Shown in pieces: positions 1-12,300 of a DNA stretch of 64,000 nucleotides. Source of the DNA: Blastocystis sp. subtype 4 (taxonomy: Eukaryota); contig NW_014569532.1 of assembly GCF_000743755.1 (NCBI RefSeq), forward strand, positions 1 to 64,000, written 5' to 3'. The notes below the pieces were generated by a model. The model made no database searches, had not been told where the DNA came from, and saw only the letters and a program-made list of their open reading frames with translations. Position numbers and translations under genes: made by a program. How positions within the stretch are numbered: the first letter of the stretch is position 1; each line of letters starts with the position of its first letter.

Positions 1-2791
1 ACATTCCTTCAATCTGGAAGTAACACGATTGCTATTGCGATTGTTGCTATTACTGACAGTTACACCACATCCTATTTCGATGCAATGGTTCGTTTGATGC
101 CTTCAGAACAATCAGATTCTCATATCTGGGAATTCACTACAACAACATCTGGAATTACTGGAGATGGTTCTAATGCTTTCGATATGTATTACGGAACTTC
201 CCTCTATTATTCATCCTGTGCTGCAAATTCTTTGACTTTGGTCCTATCAAACAATCGTCGTGAATGGATCAGTTCTGTTCAAATTCAGAACTATTACACT
301 GGAATCAGTACTGGTGACAGAGCCAGTCAGTTCAATCTATATGGTCGTAACTTGGGAACAGATGAATGGACACTTCTGAAGGAAGTCACTGGTATCACCT
401 TTTCTACTCTGGGTCAGAAGCGAAGAATCTATTTCTCTAACAATACTCCTTACAATCAATTCAAGTTTGAGAACTTTGGTACTGGTAATCCTTCTTCTTG
501 TGGTTGGAGAGTTCAATCTCTGGATCTGTTGGCTGATAACACCTTGGCTGATATTCCAAACTTCACTTATGATTCTTCAGTCACAATATTCAGAGGTATT
601 GAGATGTCTGAAGTGATTCCTGAGAATGTAAGTGGCTATTCTGAGTTCCGAGTCTCTCCTTCTCTTCCTGCTGGTATTGTGTTGGATCCTTACACTGGTT
701 GGATCTCAGGTACTGCCACCGCTGAGAGTCCTGCTCAAACCTACACCATCACTGCTACTAAGATGACTGGAGGAGATGTGACTGCCACTATCTCTCTCTC
801 AGTTATCATATGTACTGGAGGCAAGGGATTGATGACATTCCGTATCAGAGCTGATACCTATCCTCATGAGAATTCATGGAAACTGTATCAGGGAAGAGGA
901 ACCTCAGGAACTGTGTTGAGATCAGTTAACCGATTCCCCGTTGAGGAAACGTATTACTATGTTGATTTCTGTTTGAATGATGGAATCTACACATTTGAAG
1001 GACAGGATGTCTTTGGAGATGGATGGTCAACTGGAACTGGTTACACTCTGACTGTTGATTTGGGAGAGATGGAGTTGGATATCATGGAAATGAGTAGTGG
1101 AACGAAGCCTGTGAAGGTGACCACTGTGTTCTCAACATATTTCCCTTTCCAAATTGAATACACAGATTGGAAGGTGATACAGAGTGATGTGTCAAGTGAT
1201 TGGAATACTGTGAGTTTCGATGATTCCACTTGGAACACATACAAGGCTGCTGCCATTCCTACTACTTCTTCAATCACAACATATATCCGAAAGAGTTTCA
1301 CAATGAGTGGAGTGAATGATTATCAAGTGTTGAATGTTCGAGTGAAGTATTCTGGAGGAGTGGCTGCCTATCTGAATGGAAATCTGGTTGCTCGATTCAA
1401 TCTTGAAGATGGCTTTGATTCTCGTAGTCTATCAATCACTGATCATGATCCTACTGTGTTCTCGAAGTTCCATGTGATTCTGGCAACAGCTGGAATTCAA
1501 GAAGGCAGTAATGTATTCAGTTTCGAGATTCATCGTCCTTTGAGTGGTACTACTGCTGATCCTGTTGTGTTTGATGCTACTGGAGTATTTGGAGTTGAAG
1601 ATTGTTCTACTGTTGTTGATTCTTATTCTTCTCTTGATTCCACTAATCCAACATCTGGTACTCTTGCTGGAATCATGGATCTTGATCCTTACACTACAGG
1701 CCAGTTGCCTAATACGATTGGAACCTATATTGAATGGACTGTTGAGAATCTGGAAGGAAGCAAATGGAACTCATTCAACATGGTTGGAGCAACCACTGTT
1801 ACTTCTTGGGGCTTTGATATCTATGGCTATTCCAATCCTGATGATCCCAGAGAAGAACCAGTTCCTGTCCTGAATGTTCTTAGTCAGTCTGTGACTAATC
1901 GAAAGAAACCTCAGATTGCTGCTCATGTGGCTCTGGCTGGATTCCGCAGATATCGATGGCAAGTCACTGATACTGGTTCAGCTACAACTGTTCTGGGTTC
2001 TGTTCATATGGCATACTGCAAGGCTTCAGGATCTGTGTGTCCTGGAATTGGCAACTATCCTTCAGTGGGTGAAGGTCAAATCTCTCCTTCTTCTTGTGAG
2101 ACTGGTTACAGAGGTTATTCATATCGTGAGTGTTCTGGAGGTGTGTTGGGTCAAGACCGATAAGTGTGTGCAAAGACTCCCAGCCAATCCTCGTTATCGT
2201 CCTTCTAACTTTGCGTTTGTGATGGGAACGGCTGTGACGACTGGTGTGCCTACTGTGAGAAACATTGTCGAACGTTGGTATATTGATACTGGAGTATTCC
2301 TTCCTTCTGGATTGAGTCTGAATGAGAAAACAGGAGAGATCTCTGGTACGCCCACTGATACAATGGATATGACATCATTCACTGTGTATGCTGAGAATCA
2401 GTCGGGAGCCGCTCAAACGATTGTGACAATCCGAGTGCGAAAGGGACAGTGTATGGCTGAGGGAGTGTTCCCTGTAACTGAAGTTGGTACAGTGGCTGAG
2501 TATGATTGTGCTACTCAGGGAAGTTATGTGGGTACTCAGAAGCGTGCTTGTGTGTTGGGAAGTGAAGATGGAGAGTGGCAGAAGGCCTCTGGAGTGTGTA
2601 TACCCATTGCTGCAATTGTACTGATCATATTTGTGGTGATTCTGATCGTTATTATTGTCGTGTTCATATTACTGAGAAGTAAGAGAGTGAAACCAGTAGG
2701 TGGTACGAAGGGAAAGAAACCTGCTTCAAAGTCTACGAATACGATGAGGACAAACAAAACATCAACGGCTGGAAAGAAGATCAAAGTTTAA
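1..2791 (+). CDS. Large type I membrane surface protein (He_PIG/putative Ig repeats, beta-sandwich modules, Cys-rich HRM-like modules, C-terminal TM and basic tail); 5' truncated; apparent frameshift near 2150
   Basis: ORF 85..2163 (PSLPAGIVLDPYTGWISGT) continues in another frame as ORF 1916..2791 (LPSGLSLNEKTGEISGTP, TM IAAIVLIIFVVILIVIIVVFILL, tail ending KIKV*). TGTTTGTT follows the stop. Confidence 0.8.
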
Positions 2792-3449
2792 CAAGATGTT
2801 TGTTGATAGAGTATTGATTACATTCTCAGAAATGTAACTTATCTAACAAGTGTTTTTCGATTTCACATAACTCCATTGTAAACTATGAAGGCTCTTTGAT
2901 CTTACTGTCTACTTATTACGAGAAGAATCACTCATAAGAATCATGTCAAAGTGACATTGTATGCTTAAGAAGTGCAACCGACAAGACATTGAGATAAATA
3001 ACGTTAATTTAACTAATTGTAGACGAGAAAGAGAACTGAGAAACGATTAGCAATGAGAAATCATATGATTAATTCAGAGGACGAAACGATAATGTGAAAT
3101 GATTTTAAAAAGATAGGCTCGAAAATATCCCATTTAGAGAGATCAATGACTACATTAGAGACGTGTTCTGTGATTCATCCATCAATATTTATTCATTCTA
3201 TCATTTAGAAGTCTATTGTTAATTCAATTGTATTATTTATAATCAAATAGACTCACCAATTAATTCTTTCTATTTATGTAATCAATATTGAATTAATTCT
3301 CTATTACAATTCTGTTGTGGATATTAATCCATTTCAATTGCTTATCTCTACCATATCTTTTGCACATTTCATTATTCTCCAGTATGAACGCATCTTTCTT
3401 TTTTGCGGTTCTGATGATTCTCTCGTCTCACATTTAGCCAAAAGGAACG

Positions 3450-4129
3450 ATTCCACTCCCGGGGTTCTCATCTCCATATCAAAAGTTAAAACGACCCATT
3501 GTTATTGATGAGGCGTATGTCCTTATATTGTTTTACTATCTCTCTAGTCCTGCTTCCAAGAAATCCAAAACCACCACAACAACACAGGATTCTAATAAGA
3601 GTATCACTTAGTAGATTATGGTTATAAACAGAAATCATGGTATGTGGAAACAGAAAACGTATGGTCCATAAACCAAAGCCAGCATTCCTTGGGGAGGCTC
3701 GTATACCACCAGAACATGACAAATATCCGATTCCAGAAGGAAAACCTGATTGTTTGGATGGATTGGCGTTTGTTCAAACAGGATTAGGTCGATACCTCAC
3801 CGCTCAAGAAATTAGTGATCTCATTTTTGATCATGGAGGGTAGTCATTTATGATTCTAACTAGATCTTAGAGTCGAACGTACCTCTGTAAGTGGAAAGAC
3901 CAATTATCTTGTTGCCGGCTTTGAGATGGAAGATGGAAGAAAAATCACTGAAGGAGCCCAGTACAAAGCGGCAAAGAAGAAGAAAGTCAAGATCATCTCC
4001 GATCTTGACTTAATAAAAATGGTCAGTGATAGCATCGAGAAGAAGGAGGAGAAGAAAGAAGGAGAAGAGAAAGAAAAGAGTGGAGAGAAACAACCAACTA
4101 CTGCAGAGAATGAAGGTTCAAAGGAATAA
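3450..4129 (+). CDS. Small BRCT-domain protein resembling the RFC1 BRCT region; start codon not located
   Basis: Spliced reading with introns 3515-3547, 3601-3631 and 3840-3870 gives IPEGKPDCLDGLAFVQTG...LIFDHGGVERTSVSGKTNYLVAG...KYKAAKKKKVKII, stopping at 4129. Confidence 0.65.
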
Positions 4130-4266
4130 GTTTTGAGTATTTTTGTTGAGTGACAAATTGTACGAGAACACATATCTTAATACTGATAGTAATAGAGGAT
4201 AGAATACTAATTGGGACAGTTGTTTCCAGAACACTAATATCATATTAACAGATTTATTATTGAAAG

Positions 4267-4869
4267 ATGAAGTACTTTACTGTTTTTGCACTTCTGGCTG
4301 TCTGTGCTCTTGCAGCACCAAAAGTCGAGGTGAAAGCTCTTGTTGAGGCTCTCTGTCCTGATTGTATCTACTTTACTGCCAATGGTCTGAAGGATCTCGT
4401 TAACACCGAGGACATCATGGAGATTACGGATCTAGAGATTGTTCCTTACGGAAAGGCTCATATCATTTCTCGGGATCCTCCTCAGTTCCAGTGCCAGCAT
4501 GGTGACAAGGAGTGCTATGCCAACAAGGTAGAACTTTGTGGACTGGCTCATTTCCCTGAACATGGTCTCAACATGATGAACTGCATGCAACAGAAGTATG
4601 ACTTTGAGGATGCTTCTGTTGAGGAATGCGCAAAAACAGAGTCTATTGATGCTTCTATTATTCTTGAGTGTGCTAAGGGAGATGAGGGAAATTCTCTGAT
4701 GCTTCGCGCTGGAGACATCACTCCCACTCTTTCTTATGTACCTTCCGTAATGGTGAATGGAAAGGTGTTCACTGATCCTGAGAATGTCATCGCTCACATT
4801 TGTGATGCCTACGAGGGAGAGAAGCCCAAGAGTTGTTCGAACTGGAAACTCTACCGTTGCTACAACTAA
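4267..4869 (+). CDS. Gamma-interferon-inducible lysosomal thiol reductase (GILT/IFI30 family)
   Basis: Signal peptide, EALCPDC active-site CXXC, and the FQCQHGDKECYAN signature; intronless, 200 aa. Confidence 0.9.
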   Translation: MKYFTVFALLAVCALAAPKVEVKALVEALCPDCIYFTANGLKDLVNTEDIMEITDLEIVPYGKAHIISRDPPQFQCQHGDKECYANKVELCGLAHFPEHGLNMMNCMQQKYDFEDASVEECAKTESIDASIILECAKGDEGNSLMLRAGDITPTLSYVPSVMVNGKVFTDPENVIAHICDAYEGEKPKSCSNWKLYRCYN

Positions 4870-4894
4870 GCTGTGTGTTTCTTCCAAACACCAA

Positions 4895-6173
4895 AACCAA
4901 AAAGTTCATTGAACAAATCGATGTCAGCTTTCTTCACATTCTGTAAGGGATCCACAAACTCCTTTTCTAATTCTTCCAAATCCAAATCCACAACAGCAGT
5001 CATATCTGAACGTGGTTGCTGCTTGTCCTTCGCACCGAACAACTCATCAACTGTAGTTCCTTTAGATTTTGTCTCCGTTGGGTTCACATCTGGCAATTGC
5101 TTGTATGGATCGCGGACGTTGAAGCGTTTGCATAAGAGCTTGGCAGGTCTCCAATCTGACACTAGATGGGTTGATTTGATCTGAGAAATTGGAGCTGACT
5201 CCTTCTCATCCACTGCTGCCTCTTTAGAAGACACAAACTTCGAGTTGAAAGTTGGGTCCCTTGAGACCGTTTGACGCTAGTTTTCAACTCTTACATTCTT
5301 CCCTACTCGTCGCTCTCTCCGCTCTTCTTCGGATGTAAAGCGTGTGAAGTCGTGACCTTGGTCAGTTGTAGGCCTGGAAATCCTTTCTATATATAACGTC
5401 TATCATCAATTGTCACCCTTAACAATCACCCAATCCCAAGTCAGCGGCCGATCCCAAAGATGATGCTCACGAAAACGACTTGGAACATGTGGGGGAGGGT
5501 AGACAGTACCCTCCGTTCTCTTCTTTTCTTGTGCATATATAAACCCTTCAATATCACTCCGTTTGGAAGAAATGGAAGAATGCTCGTTTTCTTCGCGATC
5601 CTTCAAACGATGGTGGCTATTATCTAGAACACGATCGTAATTCGACATTTGCGTTGTAGCATAGATGTTCTCATCATCCTCATCTTCTAAGGCACCCAAA
5701 CCAAAATTTGCACTATTCACAGTAGATCCTTTTAAAACATCTCCCATTCGCATTACTCGGTTCCGATCGTCGTCAAGAAGCATGGCACTTGATAATAATC
5801 CCTGAATTGGCTTATATCCGATTCCATAATAATGCCTCCTTGACTTCAAAATCTCGTTTACTGTGTGAGCCTTCTCCTCTGTCTTCGACCGAATCTGACG
5901 TGTTGAAAAAGCTTTTGATTCGGAAAATATGTTTTGGGTTTCCAACGACCGACCAACAAGAGGATTATCATCTTTATCCATGAAGTCCTCCTTTGACATT
6001 TGTTTGAATTCTACACGCTGATCTCGCGTTGAAATGAAGGATGTAGGCGTCCATCCTTCCTCTGTTCCAACTGTATTGAAGTATCCAGCAGCAAAACCTC
6101 CCGTAAAGGCTCCATGAAAACGGCGTTTTCCATTTTCATCATATACATTGTCCTTCGAGAAGCGTTTCGGCAT
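4895..6173 (-). CDS. GPATCH1: G-patch domain-containing protein 1 / TOUGH-like splicing factor
   Basis: N-terminal DENGKRRFHGAFTGGFAAGYFNTVGTEEGWTP signature and C-terminal DWRPAKLLCKRFNVRDPY. Multi-exon; probable poly(A)-completed stop at 4895. Confidence 0.85.
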
Positions 6174-6289
6174 GTTTCACTTGTTTCTGTTTTTTGGAAT
6201 GTAGAATTTCTACTTTTTCTGCCATACCAATGATGATAGTGATTCTCCTATTTCAATAATCTAGCCCTTTTTATCTATATGAACTAGCA

Positions 6290-7117
6290 ATGGAGTTGGA
6301 ATTACAACAAGTTGACTATGATCAGTACTTCGTGTAGATATTAACTGATATGCAGGTATGATCGACAGATTCATGTGTGGGGAGTGGAAACTCAGAAGCG
6401 AATAATGAAAGCGGATATACTCTTTGTAAACTGTGACTATTTGTGTTGTGAGGTTTGTTGCTTCGCTATGTTGATGTTTTAGATCCTGAAGAATGTTGTT
6501 CTTGCTGGTATCAATGTAACTTTATTTGTAGTTCCATCATCCCTTTGTTATTTCTAGGATTCTACTCTGGTATCGGAGGATGAGTATAAAGAGTCCATCT
6601 TTCTACGAAAGGGTGATATTGGAAAGAATGTGTTTCTCATATCCATTTCACTCATCTATAGAGAGCGGAGTGTGTGAGTAGTCGATTACAGGAATTGAAT
6701 CCTCGTGCTACCATTAACGTTCTTAGCCACTGTTCAGTGTCAGCTTATGTGCACTATTCGATGGTTATCTTCAGCAACATGGATTGTGACTCCTTAGCAG
6801 AGATCCAGTTTTCATCGTTCACCATCCCCTTTTTTGCTGTATATGGAAATGGTGCATATTCGTACATCATATATCTCAACATATTCGATTTTACTCTCTT
6901 AAGGCTAAATAAAGAGCAACTCCAAGCTCGGAATCCTGACTCTACCTTGTGGAGACTTCGGTCCCAGCCCATTGTTCACTCACCAGTGGCTATTGCTGCA
7001 ATTCTTGGAGGCTTTATGACAGAGTTCATCGTCAGCTCTCTTTCTGGTGAAGACAAGATGGATTCGGTTTTTGAATTCGATGGGTTTTCAATGAATGGAA
7101 CCATGTATTCTTTTTGA
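6290..7117 (+). CDS. ThiF-family E1 subunit, SUMO-activating enzyme subunit 1 (SAE1/Aos1)-like
   Basis: Spliced YDRQIHVWGVETQKRI..., ILKNVVLAGI, RLQELNPRATI, SPVAIAAILGGFM; several ~30-nt introns. Confidence 0.75.
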
Positions 7118-7145
7118 TATGTTTGTGTCCTGTAATAAACAACAA

Positions 7146-8187
7146 AAGTAGAGAAGAAGGAGTTTAGAATACTCAGCAACTGAGTATTGGAGAGTGACTC
7201 ATCTGGATTCGATTTAGGGTTTGCCTACAGATGCTATTAGACCATCATATGTACTTCACTCAGAAAAGAAGTAAAAGAAACGTTATCATCGATTCGGCTA
7301 TCAATGTCATGTACTAAATGTGGCTGATCCAGAATATCAGGATAGCTACTTTGTATGTACTACATCTCACCTACAGCTTAACAATATCGTTCTCGATAAT
7401 AACGAGATGGGAATATGCCTCAAGATGCTTCTCCATGAATTGGAGAAGGGTATATGGTGACGTATGCTTCGACAACAGCGCAAACACAAGAAGCAGGAAA
7501 TGTTGTGTCTAGGAATGAACGAATACTGCGACAAATACTACACAAGCAGGATTCATCGTTGTATTTTCCGATAGCGGTAAGGCAGTCTTCGTCTCATTCG
7601 TTTTGTCCAGTTTTGGCTTCAATGGAACCGATAGCGAATGGATGTAACCAGCAAAGTTCTGGATTGTGATACGCATAATTTGAGTTAAAGTCACCAAACA
7701 TGCACGGGAAATAGTTTGAATCCCATTCTCAAAGCAAATGCTCTCTACTGCATCCAAAAGGATTCGATCTGCCAATGAGTCTGTTGTGTGGTCTGCCGAA
7801 CTCACAAAATTCTGATTAACATAAGAATCATTGACAAGCGCTTGAGGAATAGTGACGCTATTGATTTGGGAAATTAATTCCGGTCCAACAGCTCCAGAGT
7901 GTTGAATACTCTTAAATAGGCGTTTGTATACTTGCAATCGCAACTTCATGTTACAATATAGTTGTATCCACTACAATACTGTTAGCAATTGTATGCGTTA
8001 TCGATGGTGTCACGGCATGTAATTCTCCTTTGGATTCATTAACAACGATTCTTTTGGATGGATGAGTTTCCGATGTTGGCTTCCGTCTATTGCATGAATT
8101 TACGTCCGTAATTTCACTCTCGTTTGTGAAAGCTTTCAATTCGTTGAATTTGTTGGTTTGCGCTTTGTTCCTAGATATGAATTTCAT
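7146..8187 (-). CDS. Hypothetical protein, possible histone-fold/bromodomain-associated (BTP)-like segment; start uncertain
   Basis: Adjacent minus ORFs 7951..8187, 7509..7949 and 6976..7179. Segment AVESICFENGIQTISRACLVTLTQIM loosely resembles a BTP histone fold. Confidence 0.35.
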
Positions 8188-9377
8188 TTGGTAATTGGTA
8201 TTACGTTGTAATTGTCAAAGAAGGGGATCAGTGAACTCATTACTGATGTTATCATTCCCCAGGAACTTATGGATGACTGTAACTATATGCACATCTACTT
8301 TTGGACAACTTGCTTCTGGTTGTTTCAATCAGGTAACTGTTGTATTTTCTTATTATGCAATCAAGAAACTATGGTTATGGTACTATTAGTGATGGATTTG
8401 AAATGATTGCTCACTCATAACTGTACATACTCCTAAGAGCATGGGTTCTGTAGGAGATCTGCTCAATATTGTAACACTATTGTTTGAATTGTCATCCTTT
8501 GTGAAATGAGAATGCAATGGGAGGATGAGGCTATTGTCTGTATACTCGCCGTAAGTGGATTCCAGTTATCAAACTGATAAGTGAATTAGCCGATTTCAAT
8601 GCTCTATCCTTTCGAGTGTTTCATTCATATCCAGTGTTTTCTATCATATATAAGTACTGATGTTCTGTCAAGTATGCTACTCTAGATTTAATGTATATTA
8701 GTCTATTGGTACTATGCTATTGTGTTTGAAGGGAATCTGATAATGAGATGGAGTTCTTGTTGGTATTGTCCCAATCTCTTTATGTATTCTTGTGATATGT
8801 GAACAAACAGTCTGAACACTACATCTATACAGTATTTAAGAAGGTCACTTAACCAAACAAGCCTCAGATCGATAAATGTTTTCATTGTTTCATTTCAAAC
8901 GATGTCGGTTCTCGTTCATCATTGGCTTCATACGCTCTCAGAACATCATCTTACCTTCACAACATCATTATCTTATTATTCTATAAGATAAAAATGACTA
9001 GGGACAGTCCGTCGTTGATGCTATGTGACCAAGAAAGTTCTAGGAATAATCTTGCTTCATCAAATGAAGTAAGTGTATCCAGAAACGGGTTCACTGAACA
9101 GTGATATGTATCTTCCGGCCTGTGAGAAATGAAAAATGAATGATGTCATCACATTGCCAATCCTAAGATTCTTATAATGTTAGTTCTTATAGCAATAGTG
9201 TAATGTCTTTATCAATCCATTTCTCCAAAATGAGGACGAATGGTGAGAGAGGACATCACCAATCATCATTGACGAACTCTCTGCGTAAGCCCTTAGAACT
9301 CTTTTCTGTTGATTCTACGCTCTGTGTCACCAAGAAATTATGGTCTTGGTCATTATCTTAGTAGAAACAAACACAAC

Positions 9378-12300
9378 ATTTTTCAAACTGAGAAGGAAGG
9401 GGAAAGAAGGATTGATAGAACTGATGAATGGCATCTGTCAAGTTCTTTGTGATTCTTTTAATGTTGTCGTTGATACACACAAACTTCGACTTCCGACTTC
9501 GTACACTATCTAGCTATCCAATAAGATCTATTCTCATCACATACCTGACGAATCGTATCATTCAAATCATCTCCAATCATCTGGAAGGCAATCCATTCAT
9601 CATTCTTCATCAACATATCATTTCCAAATCCCATTCTTTCTAATTCTAGCCTTGCTTTATCACATGAGATCACACTTTCAAAGGTAATTCGTCCTATTTG
9701 GACTACATGCTGCCATAGGTTTCCATGGACGTCTGTTCGTTCTCGTGTCAGCTCCCGAGGATTGTAGGTCACACATTTCAATAGCTCTCGGATACATGTA
9801 CTATCCTCGCAAATTCTCATCCCCAGAGACTTGAACTCATACTCGTTTAAGAAGCCATCACCATCTGCATCGAACAGTTCCCAGCTATGTCGTAGCCACC
9901 GATCGCGCTTCTGACGCTCCATCCCCCGCAACCAATGGAAATAAGTAAAACTGAACTGCAAATCATTGGCCGAACGGAAGCGATGATAAACCGTGTTTCG
10001 AACCAATTCGCTCATATTCCGCTCGATCTCTGTCAAGACTCCTTTCTGTAACAGATGAGGCATGTGAGCTGGGACACGTCGCTCTTCGCTACCAAATCGT
10101 TTCTGTAGCTGGAGATTCGTGAACACTAAGGAATCTGCATAGCTATCGCTCAGTCGCCTACTCTTTCCCCAGGATTTGGAGATCCGCTGATGTCGGTCCA
10201 GCTCTCGGATCTGACTCTGGAGCTGCACCGAATCAAACCAGACCACAACACCCGCATCTCCATTCCTGAATACTTGACTACTCTGGTCGAAGTTCAGGAG
10301 ATCCAGTACTCGACTCGACACTACTCTATGCTGCGTCTTCAGACTCGTCTTCACAAACCGAGACCATAGGTGTTCGTCACCATAGAAGTCCTGACGACGA
10401 AAATCCAACGTACAAGTCACGAGTTCAATTCGAGGGATGGCCAGCACTAGCGAATCCTTATCCTCTGTCGACCACCAGTCCTGAAGAACCAAGAGTTCCT
10501 GGAATGACAAAAATGGAGACACTTTCCGGTTTTTCACAAATAGAGACCAGATCTGATCGTGCTTCTCGGTGATCGGATGCAACTCATAGATCCCTCTCCA
10601 GAAGCTTACTCGGCCCTCCTCAACCTCTGATCCGTATCGCAGTCGGAAGGCCTGGGAACAATCTCTCATCTGTCGCCCTAAATGTGATCGTTCAAACGGT
10701 TGAATGGCCGCACGCAGACCCAGAAGGGCTGGTGTCGTCTCCAGATATGATCGAAGGGAGATAAAAGATGTCGAGCGGAAATTCACACTTCGCTGCAGAT
10801 CCGGGAGGGTCAGATATGCAGAAAGTGAATCACTGGACGATGGTTGGAGAAGAACCAGACCTGAAGCATCATACTCACCCTGATAGAACCAGTCCGGATG
10901 AGTTACCGAATCCCCGTGGAAATAAAACCAATCCGAGGGAGTGGTTGCAAACAAGGCAGCAGCATCTGTTGGACCCTCTGTATTGAAGATGTATAACCCA
11001 ATCGTTGCATTTCCTCCCGTGAATGATCTGCATTCATGTGGTAAGACGTTTCCAATGACACGATTTGGCAGAGGATCTGGAACATACAAATACAGAGCAG
11101 AATGTGATCTTGGAGCCATTTGAATGTAACCCACTGTATTCAATTGAGACGACAGAGTCAGTGAATGGCCGAGTTGCTCCCCTTTCATAACAAAGTGAGC
11201 CAACGTGGGATCCATATCCAATCGAAGTAACTCGATCAGGAAGAAGAATTGATCACCCTTCGCGTCCTCACATTGACTCTCTCCAGTAAGCATACCTGTG
11301 TTATTACCGAAATGTGGAGGTTTTGAGGAATACCGAGAATCGAAGGTTTAAAGATCATCAAGATGGCTTTGCGTTCTTTCTGCCACCCCAATTTCACTAG
11401 TGCATCTGCTGCTGACCCCCACAAACCATCCGTACCTGCTTCAGGTGAAAACAATTGTTGGTAGACTAAGGAACCATTGGTCACAGAACCTATCTCCAAT
11501 AGCAAATACGACTGATTGGGAGAGAGGATGTGGCTACAATGAACAGCTGTTCCAATGCCTACCGCCCAAAGCACACACGATCTGATTCTATCTCAAACTC
11601 CTCCTTCACATACGATCGAGCATCCGACTGATACTTAGGACGGATCAAATGACCAAGGGAAGAAGAGAAGCACGAATAGACGAGTTTCTCAACCTTAGTC
11701 TCTCCACTACAGTCCAAACCATCAAACCCACATTGTTCCAAATTGCATATTTCATCGCATATCTACAAATGATATATTCTGGTCACATCGACTCCATTCC
11801 CTAAAGCAGCTGTCTGACAACCCGGAGCACAGTCTTCATCCTTCATGGTGGATCGCTTTTCCCGCTTACGACCTTCTATTCATAACAAATAGCGTGCATC
11901 TAAACCAGTTCCAGCCATCACACAGTCTCCCATATCATATCCACACTGCTGAATATTGCAGTAAGAGTCACAATGACCATCTCCCAACATGGAATACCTG
12001 CCTGTCTCTCACTCCTTCCAATCAACCCTACAGTGCTCATTACACTCAGGAACCGACCACGAAGCAAAGAAGAACTGGCCGTGTTGTAAGTCCATGAGAT
12101 CATAAGGATACACAACATCTCCCAGAAACACATCATCGTTGAAGTACAGAAAGTATTCAGAGAGACCAGGAATGTGATGCAGATTAAATTCAATTGCTGG
12201 AGACGAAAATGTAGGAAGAGCATCGGGTTCTGAAAAGATCTCCTCGTGAGTGATGATAGATACACGGGGATTATCTGTATTTAGCCAAGAAGGAATTTGA

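Noticed and set aside
4432..4887. Antisense and alternate-frame ORFs over real genes (also 32964..33362, 36341..36934, 53972..54316)
   Set aside because: Shadow ORFs of well-supported CDSs with no recognisable motifs.
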